DNA of 64,000 nt from an uncultured virus (IMG/VR IMGVR_UViG_3300027976_000013) (lineage: Duplodnaviria > Heunggongvirae > Uroviricota > Caudoviricetes): the IMG/VR virus record IMGVR_UViG_3300027976_000013. One strand, 5' to 3'. Below, one piece after another: positions 1-11,246 of this stretch. The position numbers and the translations under genes are program-made. The notes beneath the pieces are model-generated. The model was not told the DNA's origin. It saw only the letters and a program-made list of their open reading frames with translations, and did no database searches. Position 1 is the stretch's first letter, and each line of letters starts with the position of its first letter.

Positions 1-16
1 CCGTAGGTGATTTCTC

Positions 17-1242
<1,226 letters not shown>

Positions 1243-1246
<4 letters not shown>

Positions 1247-1581
1247 CTAGTAACGTCCCACGATATTACGACATCGCCAGCCAACAAAGTTGTCACAACG
1301 ATCCCGTTAATTTCCTGAAGATCCCAGACCGCGTTCGCAGGGGAAAGATCGGCAGTGACAGATGCGGGAAGAGTGGCAGAAAAAATACCACCTTCAGCGT
1401 CAACAATGGCGCAATTGAAAGTTGCCAAAGCCAACAAAGAACTAGCCTTAGATCTGACATGAGCAGAATATGTTCGTCCAGAAATATCGATCGCAACGCC
1501 ATCGGCGTCTTGCATAGTGACAGTGACAGTCTCGGTGTCACCGATCTTAATATTTAGATGGTAAACTGCAGGTTTTGCCAT
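1243..1581 (-). CDS. Small Ig-like virion/baseplate-associated protein
   Basis: GDT...D.SG.T..A.VR...WDLQ pattern typical of small phage structural proteins; ATGA/stop overlap with fibre gene. Confidence 0.5.
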
Positions 1582-1654
1582 AAAAACTCAACTTCCAAAA
1601 ATAACCTATAGATGAAGTTACATCACTACATGCTTCCTTTAGCAATTTTTTTAA

Positions 1655-1918
1655 TCACTCCCAGAAAATGGTGCCAACAGCCGTGCCGGAAAGAACTTTG
1701 ATATAAATCCCGGCATTAAATGGAACGCCCTTTGCTGAGTCATAAAGTTCCGTTGCTCCAGTCGCGATTGCCAGTGTGAAAACGGGAACCCCGCTAGTAT
1801 CTGAACTGTCGTGAATATTAACGACTGCCCCCGCACTTGCCCTAATAGCAAAGCCGTGGACAATAGCCCGCCCGCCAGAAACTAAAGTGTCGGCATTGGT
1901 GAAAGATGTATATTGCAT
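1655..1918 (-). CDS. Small beta-rich hypothetical (probable virion) protein
   Basis: AGGAG RBS upstream; directly downstream of portal; 87 aa. Confidence 0.55.
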   Translation of the reverse strand: MQYTSFTNADTLVSGGRAIVHGFAIRASAGAVVNIHDSSDTSGVPVFTLAIATGATELYDSAKGVPFNAGIYIKVLSGTAVGTIFWE

Positions 1919-1929
1919 TTAAATCTCCT

Positions 1930-3588
1930 TTAAATTGGCGGAGTGGAGTCTTGATTTGCTCCACGTTCCGCTCTTCCTGTAGTAGAATCGGCAGAAGTAG
2001 TTTCTCCTGCAACGCTGTCCTGAATTGACTTCGGTGGACTTCCTGCCTGAGCATTAGAGTTTCCTTCTGGAGCCCCCGGCTTCCCAGGGGTCGGAACTCC
2101 TGCCTTCGCCTGCTCCATTTCGAACTCCTGCTTTTCTTGAGCAAGACGTGATGGATACGGAAGAACCGCGTCCCCACCCTCAAGGGCTGTAAGCCCAATC
2201 TTGGCACGAACCTCATTCGGTACCATAACTTCGGACCGCAAGTATCTGTCCCAAATTCTTGAACGAAGATCCTCATCGATGACATCAATCTCCGCAAACT
2301 TAAGAATCTTTTTGTCAGTAAACTCTTTGATAATTCGGTTAAGTTTATTTTCAAGAACTTTCTGGTCAGGCCCCACGACCTGATTCTTGAAAGTCTTATC
2401 TGCATCCCGAGACACAGCGAGGTTAGCGTTATCGTAAATGCCGATCTTAGGAGCAGGGACCCTGTTGGCCACCGTAATCTCGTCACGATTGGATTTACGA
2501 TACTTGTCAAACGAAGCCTCTTGGACTCCGTTCTCAAGCTTTTCAAATTTTATATCTACATCCCGCCCGAGAGTTGCGGGGAGGGGAATAAAGAGTGTTC
2601 CGTGATTATTGCCTTTGACTTCATTCTTAAAATAGTTAACTACCTCTTGCTTGGACTTTTGTGAAAGATTAGCGCCTTTCAGGATAATCGCATATCGAGG
2701 GATGCTCTTATTCTCGAAGTAGTCAATATTGTACTCTTTAGCGAACTTGTCTCCAATAATTGCGCCCATAGCGGCAACTGCGGACGGGACTCCGTAATAA
2801 GTATTTGTAGGGCTATACTGTCTAAAGTGGACAATCTCATTAGGGTTAGCATCTGCCCCGACAGGATTTGGGGTCTTTGTATCTTGAAAATTTCTAAAGA
2901 AAATAAACTTAGAGGATGCTCTCTGGACGAATCCGTCACGAGCTCTCCTCACACGAACGAAGACTGCCGGAATGTGGCCAATGTACCCGATCGACCCATT
3001 GCGATTTCGTCCTATCTCCAGATAGCCATTCCCTACAGTAAGGTAATCGACCCAAACCTTGATAAGAGTTTCGATAAAATCTTCATCAATATTGAAATCT
3101 TCAAAAAGCGTTTCAAGACGATCCTCCTCACGTTGAAGTTCGTCCCTCAACCTAGTCAGACCATCTCCCTCTTTGGACGAAGCCTTCTCGATCCTTTTCT
3201 TCGTCTTTGGTGTGTCTTCCCAACGGTGACCAAGAGCGACAGTGTTCATAGTACGCGCAAGGACGCTTGCGTGGTGAACAGCATTCTCTTCAAAAAGGGA
3301 GGCTAATATTTCAAGATTATATGGAGGCTCAACGATGTCGAACAGCCCATACCCATTACGCATCTCTGGATCAACAAAGGCCGACTTGGTTCCGTCAGCT
3401 CCTTCTTGGAAGCGCTTAGCCAACTTCTGAACCTTCTTGGGCTGCTTCTCCAAATCGATATCGAGCTTGAATACATCTCTTGACTCAGTTACGGTTATCG
3501 ATGTCTCATTAGTATAAGAACTGGTCACATCATCAATCTCAATAAAGTCCTTATTCTCCCCCACCATAGTCGCGGCAATTTGCCTCAT
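1930..3588 (-). CDS. Phage portal protein
   Basis: 552 aa; portal-type motifs DYLTVGNGYLEI, EIVHF..Y.P..TYYGVP, YF.N...P, RVP..KIG, PNEVR..IGL....GGD. Confidence 0.88.
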   Translation of the reverse strand: MRQIAATMVGENKDFIEIDDVTSSYTNETSITVTESRDVFKLDIDLEKQPKKVQKLAKRFQEGADGTKSAFVDPEMRNGYGLFDIVEPPYNLEILASLFEENAVHHASVLARTMNTVALGHRWEDTPKTKKRIEKASSKEGDGLTRLRDELQREEDRLETLFEDFNIDEDFIETLIKVWVDYLTVGNGYLEIGRNRNGSIGYIGHIPAVFVRVRRARDGFVQRASSKFIFFRNFQDTKTPNPVGADANPNEIVHFRQYSPTNTYYGVPSAVAAMGAIIGDKFAKEYNIDYFENKSIPRYAIILKGANLSQKSKQEVVNYFKNEVKGNNHGTLFIPLPATLGRDVDIKFEKLENGVQEASFDKYRKSNRDEITVANRVPAPKIGIYDNANLAVSRDADKTFKNQVVGPDQKVLENKLNRIIKEFTDKKILKFAEIDVIDEDLRSRIWDRYLRSEVMVPNEVRAKIGLTALEGGDAVLPYPSRLAQEKQEFEMEQAKAGVPTPGKPGAPEGNSNAQAGSPPKSIQDSVAGETTSADSTTGRAERGANQDSTPPI

Positions 3589-3920
3589 ACGGCTCCTCCT
3601 CTAAGTAACTGCTTTACTGAATCAACCGGGTCAGGTATATACCCGTCAATCATTCGTTCCATCTGATCATCGTGTTCGTTGTCGGTTAGTTTTCTACTTC
3701 CCGACATCCACAGGGGCTTCCCTAGAAGCGCCTCTGATCCTAAATATGAAACAGCGGAATCTCTCATCCTGCCCTCAACCTTTGGGTCACTCATATGACC
3801 CTCAAGCGAAAGCATCCGCCCCTCATCGTCACCAAGGCAGGCTCCATCTGACATCTGCCATAAGCAGACCCCATAGAGGTCTTCTGTAACTACTTGAATA
3901 TTCTTTAATTTCTTTGCCAT
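3585..3920 (-). CDS. Hypothetical protein upstream of portal
   Basis: 111-aa ORF with ATGA overlap to portal; TGA-TAATAT-N7-ATG leaderless-type promoter. Confidence 0.65.
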   Translation of the reverse strand: MAKKLKNIQVVTEDLYGVCLWQMSDGACLGDDEGRMLSLEGHMSDPKVEGRMRDSAVSYLGSEALLGKPLWMSGSRKLTDNEHDDQMERMIDGYIPDPVDSVKQLLRGGAV

Positions 3921-4035
3921 GTTATTGATATTATCACAGATAACGCGTTAACAAGCAAAAAACCAGAGTTTTTCTTGCACAAAAGCAAAGAAACTATGCG
4001 AATAAGCATAGTTTCTTTACACAAAGGCAATTTAG

Positions 4036-7000
4036 TTAGACAATGCAGCTGTCATTCGAGCAGAAAGCTTCGCCAGCTGCATCCAAAGACTTCCCTGCGT
4101 ACAGACTCTTCCACTTTATCTTCTTCGTCTGAGAACACATATCTTCCCAAGTCTTTATCCCAATCCGCTCATAAGGCATCTGAGCATATGCTCCCCCAGC
4201 CTCAAGAATTGGGAGCATAGAAATAGACTTAAGTTGACCATCAACAGAACTCAACAATGCTCCAATCTGATCCCGCTCATCCTCCTTGAAAGTCACAGTA
4301 ACAGACACCTGATTGTCCGCCCAATGTCGCTGAGCAAGGATTGCAAGTTGTGTCTTCTCCCACATTGAGACCTCGTTCTCTGTGCGGACATCCGGCCCCT
4401 TAGTTGGAAGTTCCACAACAACACTATGCTTGGGGTCCATCACGTCAGGTTCAGTATGGTATCCAGCATCCGCAAGGGCATCAACTAGAGGGTCGTTAGA
4501 CGCCAATCTCATACGACGAATATAAACATCCGCAGTAGGCCAATGCACACCGGGAGTAACACCGAAAAGTAATGACACAGTGTTGTGGGACTTTACTGCT
4601 CCATTGTAATAGTAGTGACCGTCCGGAACCTCAAAATCAAAAGTTTCCTTCTCTCCAAGGTCTTCCATATAACAGACCTCCCCGTATGGCTTTGACTTGC
4701 TTTGGGTAGCCCACCCATTAGAGTGCTCAAATCTAGCCCCCTTTACGGAAAGACTCTTCAGCAACTCTAAGGATTTAATATCGGAACCATTAGACCATAC
4801 ATAGAGATGCTCAATTGGGGCCCCATAGTGCCCTTCTGATTCACCCTTGTTCACGCTTCGGCTAAGCAGAATCCCCACTGATGAGGATACATGCTGCATA
4901 TGCTTGGCAAGTCTAGTGTCACTATTTGTTATCTGGACAGTTGTTCTTTCGCCTACCCTATAGAAGCCACCCTCAGCATCAATCATTCCGGCAATAAACG
5001 CTATGACGTGCTCTCTTGAACTGGACCTGACTACATAGGGAATCAAATCTAACTCCTCTGTCGAGAGATCATACTTGAAAATGCCATTTAAAATAAACCA
5101 ATGCCATAAATACTTAGACGCAATGCATAGGTCCATACCTTCAGATGATCCACTCTTTGAGATGGTTCCTTCGATCCCAAAGTTGTCCTTGATGATTCTT
5201 TGTGCATTTTCTAGAATTGAACGATCATCGTCACTGAAACGAATTCTCCAATGACCTAAAGACTGACTTCCATCGCCCCACATGTAGCCTATTAGCCAAG
5301 ATAAATCAGAATTCATTTCACTTGGCTGCGAGATTTCTTTGGCGTCAGATCTCATACTAATGTGCCTGCGGTTCACTACCTTTAGGGGTGCGGAGCTGGT
5401 ATTTTCATACAGTCCGGGAGTCAGGGCCAAAACGTCACCGACCCTTAGGTCTTCCGCCTTAACCCACTCGTTTACGTCATCGTGCCTATTCTCCCCATAG
5501 TTCCTAGCTCTTCGCTTTGTCACAAACCATTGGTGGTTTAATGTAGACTCAACTTCCATTTTTCCGGTCATACCTACTCGCATGACCTGCTTTTTACCAT
5601 TATCGTAAGTCTGACTGACTTTCTTAACTCCATCTTCAGTTACAACTGAATCCCCACTTGGATGCCACTGTGTGTCTTCCGGGTGATCTTTGAACATCTC
5701 CTGAAGGGTAAGGATCCCACGAGATGTTACAGTTAGCGCATCCCAAGGACGACACCCAGATGGTTTTACGGACGTTGTCTTAATTGACTGACGGCAACCC
5801 AGCCACTCTGAATACTTGTTATCTAACATTTGAATGTGATCATATCCATCATCAAGCCAACCCCGCAAAGTTGTCCAACCATAGGCCTCCGCAAACTGGG
5901 CGAAGCCAGAGATTGAACATCCGATCCGGCGATTACGTTGCATAATCGCGTTAGTTTCAGGCCAATGGGTCGGGAGAAGAGTTACAGTCTTTGCATAGAG
6001 GTACGAGACTTTCAATGTTTTCTCAAAATCTTCAAAAGAGTCATGACGAGAAATAAAATTCTCTACCAACGTGCAACATTCCCCAGACTCCAAAGTCTGC
6101 TCGGCACAAGGATTCGAGCCGCGAGCGCGATGATCCTTATTGTCGATAGGGTCAGCAAGTCTCCCGTACTTTTGGCAAAGATCAAGCCACAAAATCCCTG
6201 GCTCTCCATTCTTCGCAATGAGATCGGCAATATTTGAGAAGTCGTCACCAACATTGGCAATGATAGAATTATTAGAGGTATGTCCCCAACCATTAGGCCC
6301 CATCCGTACAGGGTTGATTTCCCAATTCTTCAAATCAAGGAAATCTTGATCGTCAGAATTGCCAAGAGATATGAGAGCTGAGCGCCTGACATTCCCGGAG
6401 ACAACACATTTCCCAATCTTATTGGAAATGTCAACAATGTCAGTAGAACTAACTTTCTCGCCCGCCCTCCCCGCAAACTGCTCATTGAGCATCTTATGAA
6501 GGGCGACCAGAGGATCAGGGCCAGCAGAGACGCCACCGAAGCCCCGGATGGGCTCCCCCGAAGGGCGAATCTCGCTGTAGTCAAAAGTAACCATGCTTCT
6601 ATTGGCGAAGAAATATGATTCAAGAAGCATCCCTACAGAATCACACCAGCCCTCACGAGTATCGGGGATTACAAAAACCTTGTAATCACTAGATGGATCA
6701 TGGATCTCCAGCTTCCCCGCCCCTTTGGTATCAAAGCCTACCCCGACACCGAGCATGGACATTTCCATAAGTCGAATAAACGGCCAAGTAGCATCATAGA
6801 CGCTACGTGAAGAAATATGTTCAGTAGAAAGGAAGCTGCAACTTTGTAGAGCAGCAGAGTTCTTCTTTGCATGAACAAACTCCGTTCCCATCATCCACAA
6901 GCCTCTGCCGGGAGGAGTCCACTTACCCACGAAGAGCCTCTCGTAAGCGTCTTGGGCGGTAGATTGGGCTTTGCGTTCATTCCACGGAAGGCGACTTTCC

Positions 7001-7266
7001 TTGCACCAATCCTTTTGGATGGTAAAAGTTCCCTCAATTACTCTCCGGCAAGTTTCGAACCAGCGCTCCTTTGTCTCGTCTTTCTTTCTCCTAGAATATT
7101 TAGTAAGAAAGGTAAGTTCACCAAGGGAATTTCCTGACCCAATCGGGAACCCCCACGGAACATCTCTCCCCTCGTACTGGGAAATAAAATCGTCAGGCAA
7201 TTTAAAACTTAGATAGTTCTCGTTCTCCACTTTTTCTCCTATATATTTAGAGGTGGCTCGCCACAA
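4036..7266 (-). CDS. nrdJ: Class II (adenosylcobalamin-dependent) ribonucleotide reductase, intein-containing
   Basis: PPGRGLW, MLGVGVGFD, VVSGNVRRSA, NPCAEQ, RNRRIG, TxVKPSG|TVS, WADNQVSVTV motifs; start codon uncertain. Confidence 0.92.
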   Translation of the reverse strand: MWRATSKYIGEKVENENYLSFKLPDDFISQYEGRDVPWGFPIGSGNSLGELTFLTKYSRRKKDETKERWFETCRRVIEGTFTIQKDWCKESRLPWNERKAQSTAQDAYERLFVGKWTPPGRGLWMMGTEFVHAKKNSAALQSCSFLSTEHISSRSVYDATWPFIRLMEMSMLGVGVGFDTKGAGKLEIHDPSSDYKVFVIPDTREGWCDSVGMLLESYFFANRSMVTFDYSEIRPSGEPIRGFGGVSAGPDPLVALHKMLNEQFAGRAGEKVSSTDIVDISNKIGKCVVSGNVRRSALISLGNSDDQDFLDLKNWEINPVRMGPNGWGHTSNNSIIANVGDDFSNIADLIAKNGEPGILWLDLCQKYGRLADPIDNKDHRARGSNPCAEQTLESGECCTLVENFISRHDSFEDFEKTLKVSYLYAKTVTLLPTHWPETNAIMQRNRRIGCSISGFAQFAEAYGWTTLRGWLDDGYDHIQMLDNKYSEWLGCRQSIKTTSVKPSGCRPWDALTVTSRGILTLQEMFKDHPEDTQWHPSGDSVVTEDGVKKVSQTYDNGKKQVMRVGMTGKMEVESTLNHQWFVTKRRARNYGENRHDDVNEWVKAEDLRVGDVLALTPGLYENTSSAPLKVVNRRHISMRSDAKEISQPSEMNSDLSWLIGYMWGDGSQSLGHWRIRFSDDDRSILENAQRIIKDNFGIEGTISKSGSSEGMDLCIASKYLWHWFILNGIFKYDLSTEELDLIPYVVRSSSREHVIAFIAGMIDAEGGFYRVGERTTVQITNSDTRLAKHMQHVSSSVGILLSRSVNKGESEGHYGAPIEHLYVWSNGSDIKSLELLKSLSVKGARFEHSNGWATQSKSKPYGEVCYMEDLGEKETFDFEVPDGHYYYNGAVKSHNTVSLLFGVTPGVHWPTADVYIRRMRLASNDPLVDALADAGYHTEPDVMDPKHSVVVELPTKGPDVRTENEVSMWEKTQLAILAQRHWADNQVSVTVTFKEDERDQIGALLSSVDGQLKSISMLPILEAGGAYAQMPYERIGIKTWEDMCSQTKKIKWKSLYAGKSLDAAGEAFCSNDSCIV
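4582..5754 (-). mobile_element. Intein with LAGLIDADG homing endonuclease in nrdJ (391 aa)
   Basis: KPSG|CRPWDAL...GAVKSHN|TVSLL; internal IGYMWGDG and IAGMIDAEG helices. Confidence 0.92.
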
Positions 7267-7350
7267 AAGTAGCGCCTACCCCTGCAGACTCTTTGCCCGA
7301 TTGGACGTCTATAAATCATACCACTTAACCGGTCAATGAGGTGGTAATTA

Positions 7351-8343
7351 TCACAAAGTTTCTGAGATTTTCTCCCCAAGAATTCCAATTATCATCTTGC
7401 CTATGTGATCCCAAGTCTGGTTGCTGTGAATCAAATTGGCGGAATGCAGAGTCTTCTCTTTGACCTCGTTGAAGTTATCGAAAACGTACCTCATCTTATC
7501 CCGAAGATCATCCGCATCTGGTTCAACCCAATTGCCAAGATGAACACCTACGCCCGGAGCCGGGCTGGAATCTAGCGGAATTGACATCTCAGCAAAATCA
7601 GCGCAGGCGGTGGCATTAGTCACAATAGTCGGAAGACCTGTCGCTATACCCTGAAAGGGGATAAGTCCAAAACCATCGCCATTCGTAGGATAAACTAAAC
7701 AGTGGGCTTTGTTGTAGACTTCAACCAAATCCTCAACATCAACAGGGCGATCAATGACCAGAATTTGATCATGATCTGTTGCGCTGTGGAAATTCTCTTT
7801 CTTATCATAATACCTGCACTCAGTTGCCTCATTAGATTTTAAAATCAATACAGCATCTTTGTTGCCATCGAATAAATCAAGGAAAGCATCTACAACTCTC
7901 TGTCCCCCCTTTCTGGCAGTCGGACCTCCGACATGCAAGAAAACGAACTTGTCGGTAAGATATCTATTCTCTATCTTCCAAACGTCTGGATCAATTCCGT
8001 GGGGGACAACTCTAATGACCTTATTGACATTATATTCTTCAAACACTGAAGCACAATATTTAGATGGAGTCCAAATCTCTTGCATATCACGCATAATACG
8101 AGGCCAAGATTCAGGGATCGCAGATGACTCCCACGGAGTATATCCTATACGGAACTGATCATTTAGCCCGCTATAATATTCAGGCTGTACAAAAGAGATG
8201 TGACACTTGGCATCTTTGTTGTCGTACAGAACTTGGACATGATTATTCTGGAGGGCCTTTATTACCCTCACTGCGGCATATCCATATCCCATCCCTTCAC
8301 CAATACCCGGAGGGCTAAACCATCCAATTTTTTTTATATTCAT
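7351..8343 (-). CDS. Glycosyltransferase, GT-B fold (GT4-like)
   Basis: VPHGID, RKG, LVYPTNGDGFGL...GLPTIVT motifs. Confidence 0.85.
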   Translation of the reverse strand: MNIKKIGWFSPPGIGEGMGYGYAAVRVIKALQNNHVQVLYDNKDAKCHISFVQPEYYSGLNDQFRIGYTPWESSAIPESWPRIMRDMQEIWTPSKYCASVFEEYNVNKVIRVVPHGIDPDVWKIENRYLTDKFVFLHVGGPTARKGGQRVVDAFLDLFDGNKDAVLILKSNEATECRYYDKKENFHSATDHDQILVIDRPVDVEDLVEVYNKAHCLVYPTNGDGFGLIPFQGIATGLPTIVTNATACADFAEMSIPLDSSPAPGVGVHLGNWVEPDADDLRDKMRYVFDNFNEVKEKTLHSANLIHSNQTWDHIGKMIIGILGEKISETL

Positions 8344-8367
8344 TTCAATACATTCACCTTTGTTTAG

Positions 8368-8437
8368 TGCCCAATGTAGGAATCGAACCTACCAAAGTAA
8401 AGTTAGAAGCATCACTCGCTCATCCAGAGCATCGGGC
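8368..8437 (-). tRNA. Atypical tRNA-Arg(UCU) or tRNA-like RNA
   Basis: Minus strand: acceptor GCCCGAU/AUUGGGC, D hairpin GCUC-UGGAU-GAGC, anticodon loop CUUCUAA, T arm GUAGG-UUCGAUU-CCUAC; 70 nt; CCA not encoded. Confidence 0.7.
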
Positions 8438-8444
8438 TGAGATA

Positions 8445-9626
8445 TCATTTCATCTCATAATTTGCAATTTGTGCAACCTGAGGGTTCTCGGTGTCCCAGT
8501 GGACAACACCATCTCGCCAAATGAAATCATCAACCCCAAGTTGAACAAGACGGTTGTGGATGTCATCCTCATAGGCAATCCAAGTCATTTTGACAAGCCT
8601 CTGAATGTCAGCATTGCGAGCTTTCTGGGCGTTGTTATCGTGATGATATTGGATATATCCAAACCTCTTGATATGAACCATCCTAGTGTGAAGGAAAGTC
8701 CTTACTAAAATCTCATAATCGTCCGCAACGTGGAGGCGCTTATCATGCCCCCCCACGGTCTGATAAAAAGACTTCCTCCATGCTCTGACATGATTAGGCA
8801 TTCCTACAATATGACGGACAGTCTTTGGGTTAACCGATGGATAATTCATTACTTGATAATTTCGCCCACGATAAAACTCGGTACGGTAACTTCCGTAACC
8901 AAAACCCCAGCCGTCAGGATATGTGGCGTCCTCGTGATCTTCTCCGATAACTTCGGCACAGTCCGAGTAGCAAAAACCAGAATCAGGGAACCTAGCGAAA
9001 GCCTCAACGACATCAGAAAGGGCATTTGGCAAAAGCTCATCATCATGATCAAGTTCAACCAGATAGTCGCCATTAGCCAAGCTGAAGGCATTCTTCTTCA
9101 CTTCACCGATAACCCCAGAGTGGGCATCGAGAAAGACTTGGACTCTAGGGTCCATATCTGCAATTTGGCGGATAGAGTTTAAAGTTTCTTCACTTGTGGA
9201 GCCATCATCGTAGACAATCCATTCCCAGTTCTTGTATGACTGACCCATCAAAGAGCGGTACGGCCAGAACATATTAGAAGTATTGTATGTCGGTGTAATG
9301 ACGGAAACTAGAGGCTCAGAAAAATCTCTTTTGTCATTTAATGAAAAGGTAAAGAAATTGTCAACAATAGACTTATAGCTCCCTTTAAGCTCCTCAAACC
9401 TGTCACTAGAGAAATGAAGCCATTTCCTGCGAATGTGCAGCGCAGAGTCTACTAGACCATCGAAGTCATCAAGATCTCCAAAAGTAATAATAAGATTCGG
9501 CCTAGCCTCTGCGATATCCCTACTCCATGTCATAGCAGTTCTACGAGAGACTGTGTTGATTGACTCATCGAAAATGACGTCATCATCAACCCCGAAAATC
9601 ACTACTTTAATTCTGCCATCGTTCAT
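8445..9626 (-). CDS. Glycosyltransferase family 2 with N-terminal extension
   Basis: VSVITPTYN, WEWIVYDDGS, ELDHDDEL, DDYE motifs. Confidence 0.88.
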   Translation of the reverse strand: MNDGRIKVVIFGVDDDVIFDESINTVSRRTAMTWSRDIAEARPNLIITFGDLDDFDGLVDSALHIRRKWLHFSSDRFEELKGSYKSIVDNFFTFSLNDKRDFSEPLVSVITPTYNTSNMFWPYRSLMGQSYKNWEWIVYDDGSTSEETLNSIRQIADMDPRVQVFLDAHSGVIGEVKKNAFSLANGDYLVELDHDDELLPNALSDVVEAFARFPDSGFCYSDCAEVIGEDHEDATYPDGWGFGYGSYRTEFYRGRNYQVMNYPSVNPKTVRHIVGMPNHVRAWRKSFYQTVGGHDKRLHVADDYEILVRTFLHTRMVHIKRFGYIQYHHDNNAQKARNADIQRLVKMTWIAYEDDIHNRLVQLGVDDFIWRDGVVHWDTENPQVAQIANYEMK

Positions 9627-9700
9627 GTTCCTCCTACTTCACTCAATATAAAAGTTGTGTCGCTACGTTCGCAACTCTGGAAATTATACCACACTAGATG

Positions 9701-9874
9701 TCAGTTCATACTCCGGTAGGGAGAAAATCCTGGGTCAAGTTCCAATTTGGAAAGACCCTTCTCGAACTTTAAGACCCCGATACGAGGACGGGATCTGTCT
9801 CCATCTGGATAGATGATGATCTCGCTTTCCGTACAATCTGGAAGTTTTTCTCTGCTAATTTTTACCTTTGCCAT
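9701..9874 (-). CDS. Small hypothetical protein (MAKVKISREK...)
   Basis: AAGGAG RBS before ATG at 9874. Confidence 0.5.
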   Translation of the reverse strand: MAKVKISREKLPDCTESEIIIYPDGDRSRPRIGVLKFEKGLSKLELDPGFSPYRSMN

Positions 9875-9982
9875 TTTTTCTCCTTTTCTTTCACGATCTA
9901 TGCTCTGACACGTGGCCTGCTGTCCCCTGTGAGGCCTCTGTGTGTCCATCTGAGGCAGTGTAGCATCAGTTTGCGGTGATGA

Positions 9983-10678
9983 TCACTCTTTACGAGAATC
10001 ACGCCAATTTAGGGCGTTATCATTCCAAGGTTTTGTAAAAGTTTCTCCCCCTGGAAATCCTCCCCACTTCGAAACAAACCTGTTCCTATTAGCCGAAAAT
10101 TCTGAATGAGATAGGACATTCCCTCCCTCGTTGGTCTTTGACCCGTAGTGATAAAACATCGCCGACTGAGAGCGCACACATTTCAGACCTGACAAGATAG
10201 TCCTGTAGCAGTAATCGTTGTCCTCGAAGTAAGCCGGAGAGAATCCCTCGTCAAAGTCCCCAATGTGGTCATATGTATCTGGAGTAATCATAAAACATGA
10301 AAAGTCAGGGGCGTCAATAATATCATTCTCATAATATACATGAGAAGAGTTCTTCACCTCAATGGGACTCATGGTATCTCTAAAGTCAGTTGCCGACGCT
10401 AGCCCAATGTCGTCATTGTCGATGACACTAGAAAGATGCTCTGGCGTATTCGGGGCTAAGACGACATCGTCATTGATTATCAATATGTAATTAAACCCCG
10501 CATCAATGGCTCGCTTGGTTCCGAGATTCCATGCGGCAGCAACCCCCTTGTTCACATCCCAGTTGTCAATGATGAATGGTTGCCAATAGGCGTGGTGCGA
10601 CACTTGTACTGATTCAAGGGCTTTTATCCCTAATTCGAACTGGTTTAGCACCGGCATTACGATTGCGATTTTCTTCAT
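9983..10678 (-). CDS. Glycosyltransferase family 2
   Basis: IAIVMPVLN, NKGVAAAWNLG, INDDV, FDE.F.PAYFEDNDY; start set to the ATG 6 nt after TATAAT. Confidence 0.85.
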   Translation of the reverse strand: MKKIAIVMPVLNQFELGIKALESVQVSHHAYWQPFIIDNWDVNKGVAAAWNLGTKRAIDAGFNYILIINDDVVLAPNTPEHLSSVIDNDDIGLASATDFRDTMSPIEVKNSSHVYYENDIIDAPDFSCFMITPDTYDHIGDFDEGFSPAYFEDNDYCYRTILSGLKCVRSQSAMFYHYGSKTNEGGNVLSHSEFSANRNRFVSKWGGFPGGETFTKPWNDNALNWRDSRKE

Positions 10679-10685
10679 TTGGCTA

Positions 10686-11246
10686 TTATACCTCATGGGG
10701 GGCATATGTTCCATCAGAAATATTTCTTCCGTGAAACCGGTACTGCCACAGGATCTCTGGCAAACATTTTATTACTTTTCCATGCTCCATTAACTTGAGC
10801 CAGAGCGCATGATCCTCGCACACCACCTCTGGGTATCCACCTACGTCCTCCCAAGCCGACTTCCTCATCAGGACAGTTGCAGGAATGTAATTATTGGACT
10901 TGAGTCTTTCTAGGTCAAGATATGAGTTCGGATTCCATCCATTTCTGGTACCGACGACTTCTGTCCATGGATATATCATGTCCGCGTCTCCAGCCTCGTC
11001 AAGAAGCCTTTCTAGATAGTTTGGATAAAATAAGTCATCATCCGCTAGAGGGGCAATCCATTCCGTAGTTACTGCTGAAATCATTTTATTCAACACTCTT
11101 GCTGCCCCGATTCTTTCGAAGTCAACAGAGATCAAGTGTGCCTTCGGGGTTACAGTTTGGTTAGCCACAGATAACATGCACTCGCTCAACATCTTCGACC
11201 TGACAGGGATGGTGGGGGTGACGACAGTCACATCTACTATCCCCAT
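10686..11246 (-). CDS. Glycosyltransferase family 2 (minimal GT-A domain)
   Basis: VTVVTPT, LADDDL, VGGY..EDHALWL, YRFH motifs. Confidence 0.82.
   Translation of the reverse strand: MGIVDVTVVTPTIPVRSKMLSECMLSVANQTVTPKAHLISVDFERIGAARVLNKMISAVTTEWIAPLADDDLFYPNYLERLLDEAGDADMIYPWTEVVGTRNGWNPNSYLDLERLKSNNYIPATVLMRKSAWEDVGGYPEVVCEDHALWLKLMEHGKVIKCLPEILWQYRFHGRNISDGTYAPHEV

Noticed and set aside
8368..8437. Amber-suppressor or pyrrolysine tRNA (CUA)
   Set aside because: The stem pairing centres the loop on CUUCUAA (anticodon UCU); TAG is used as a normal stop in many genes here
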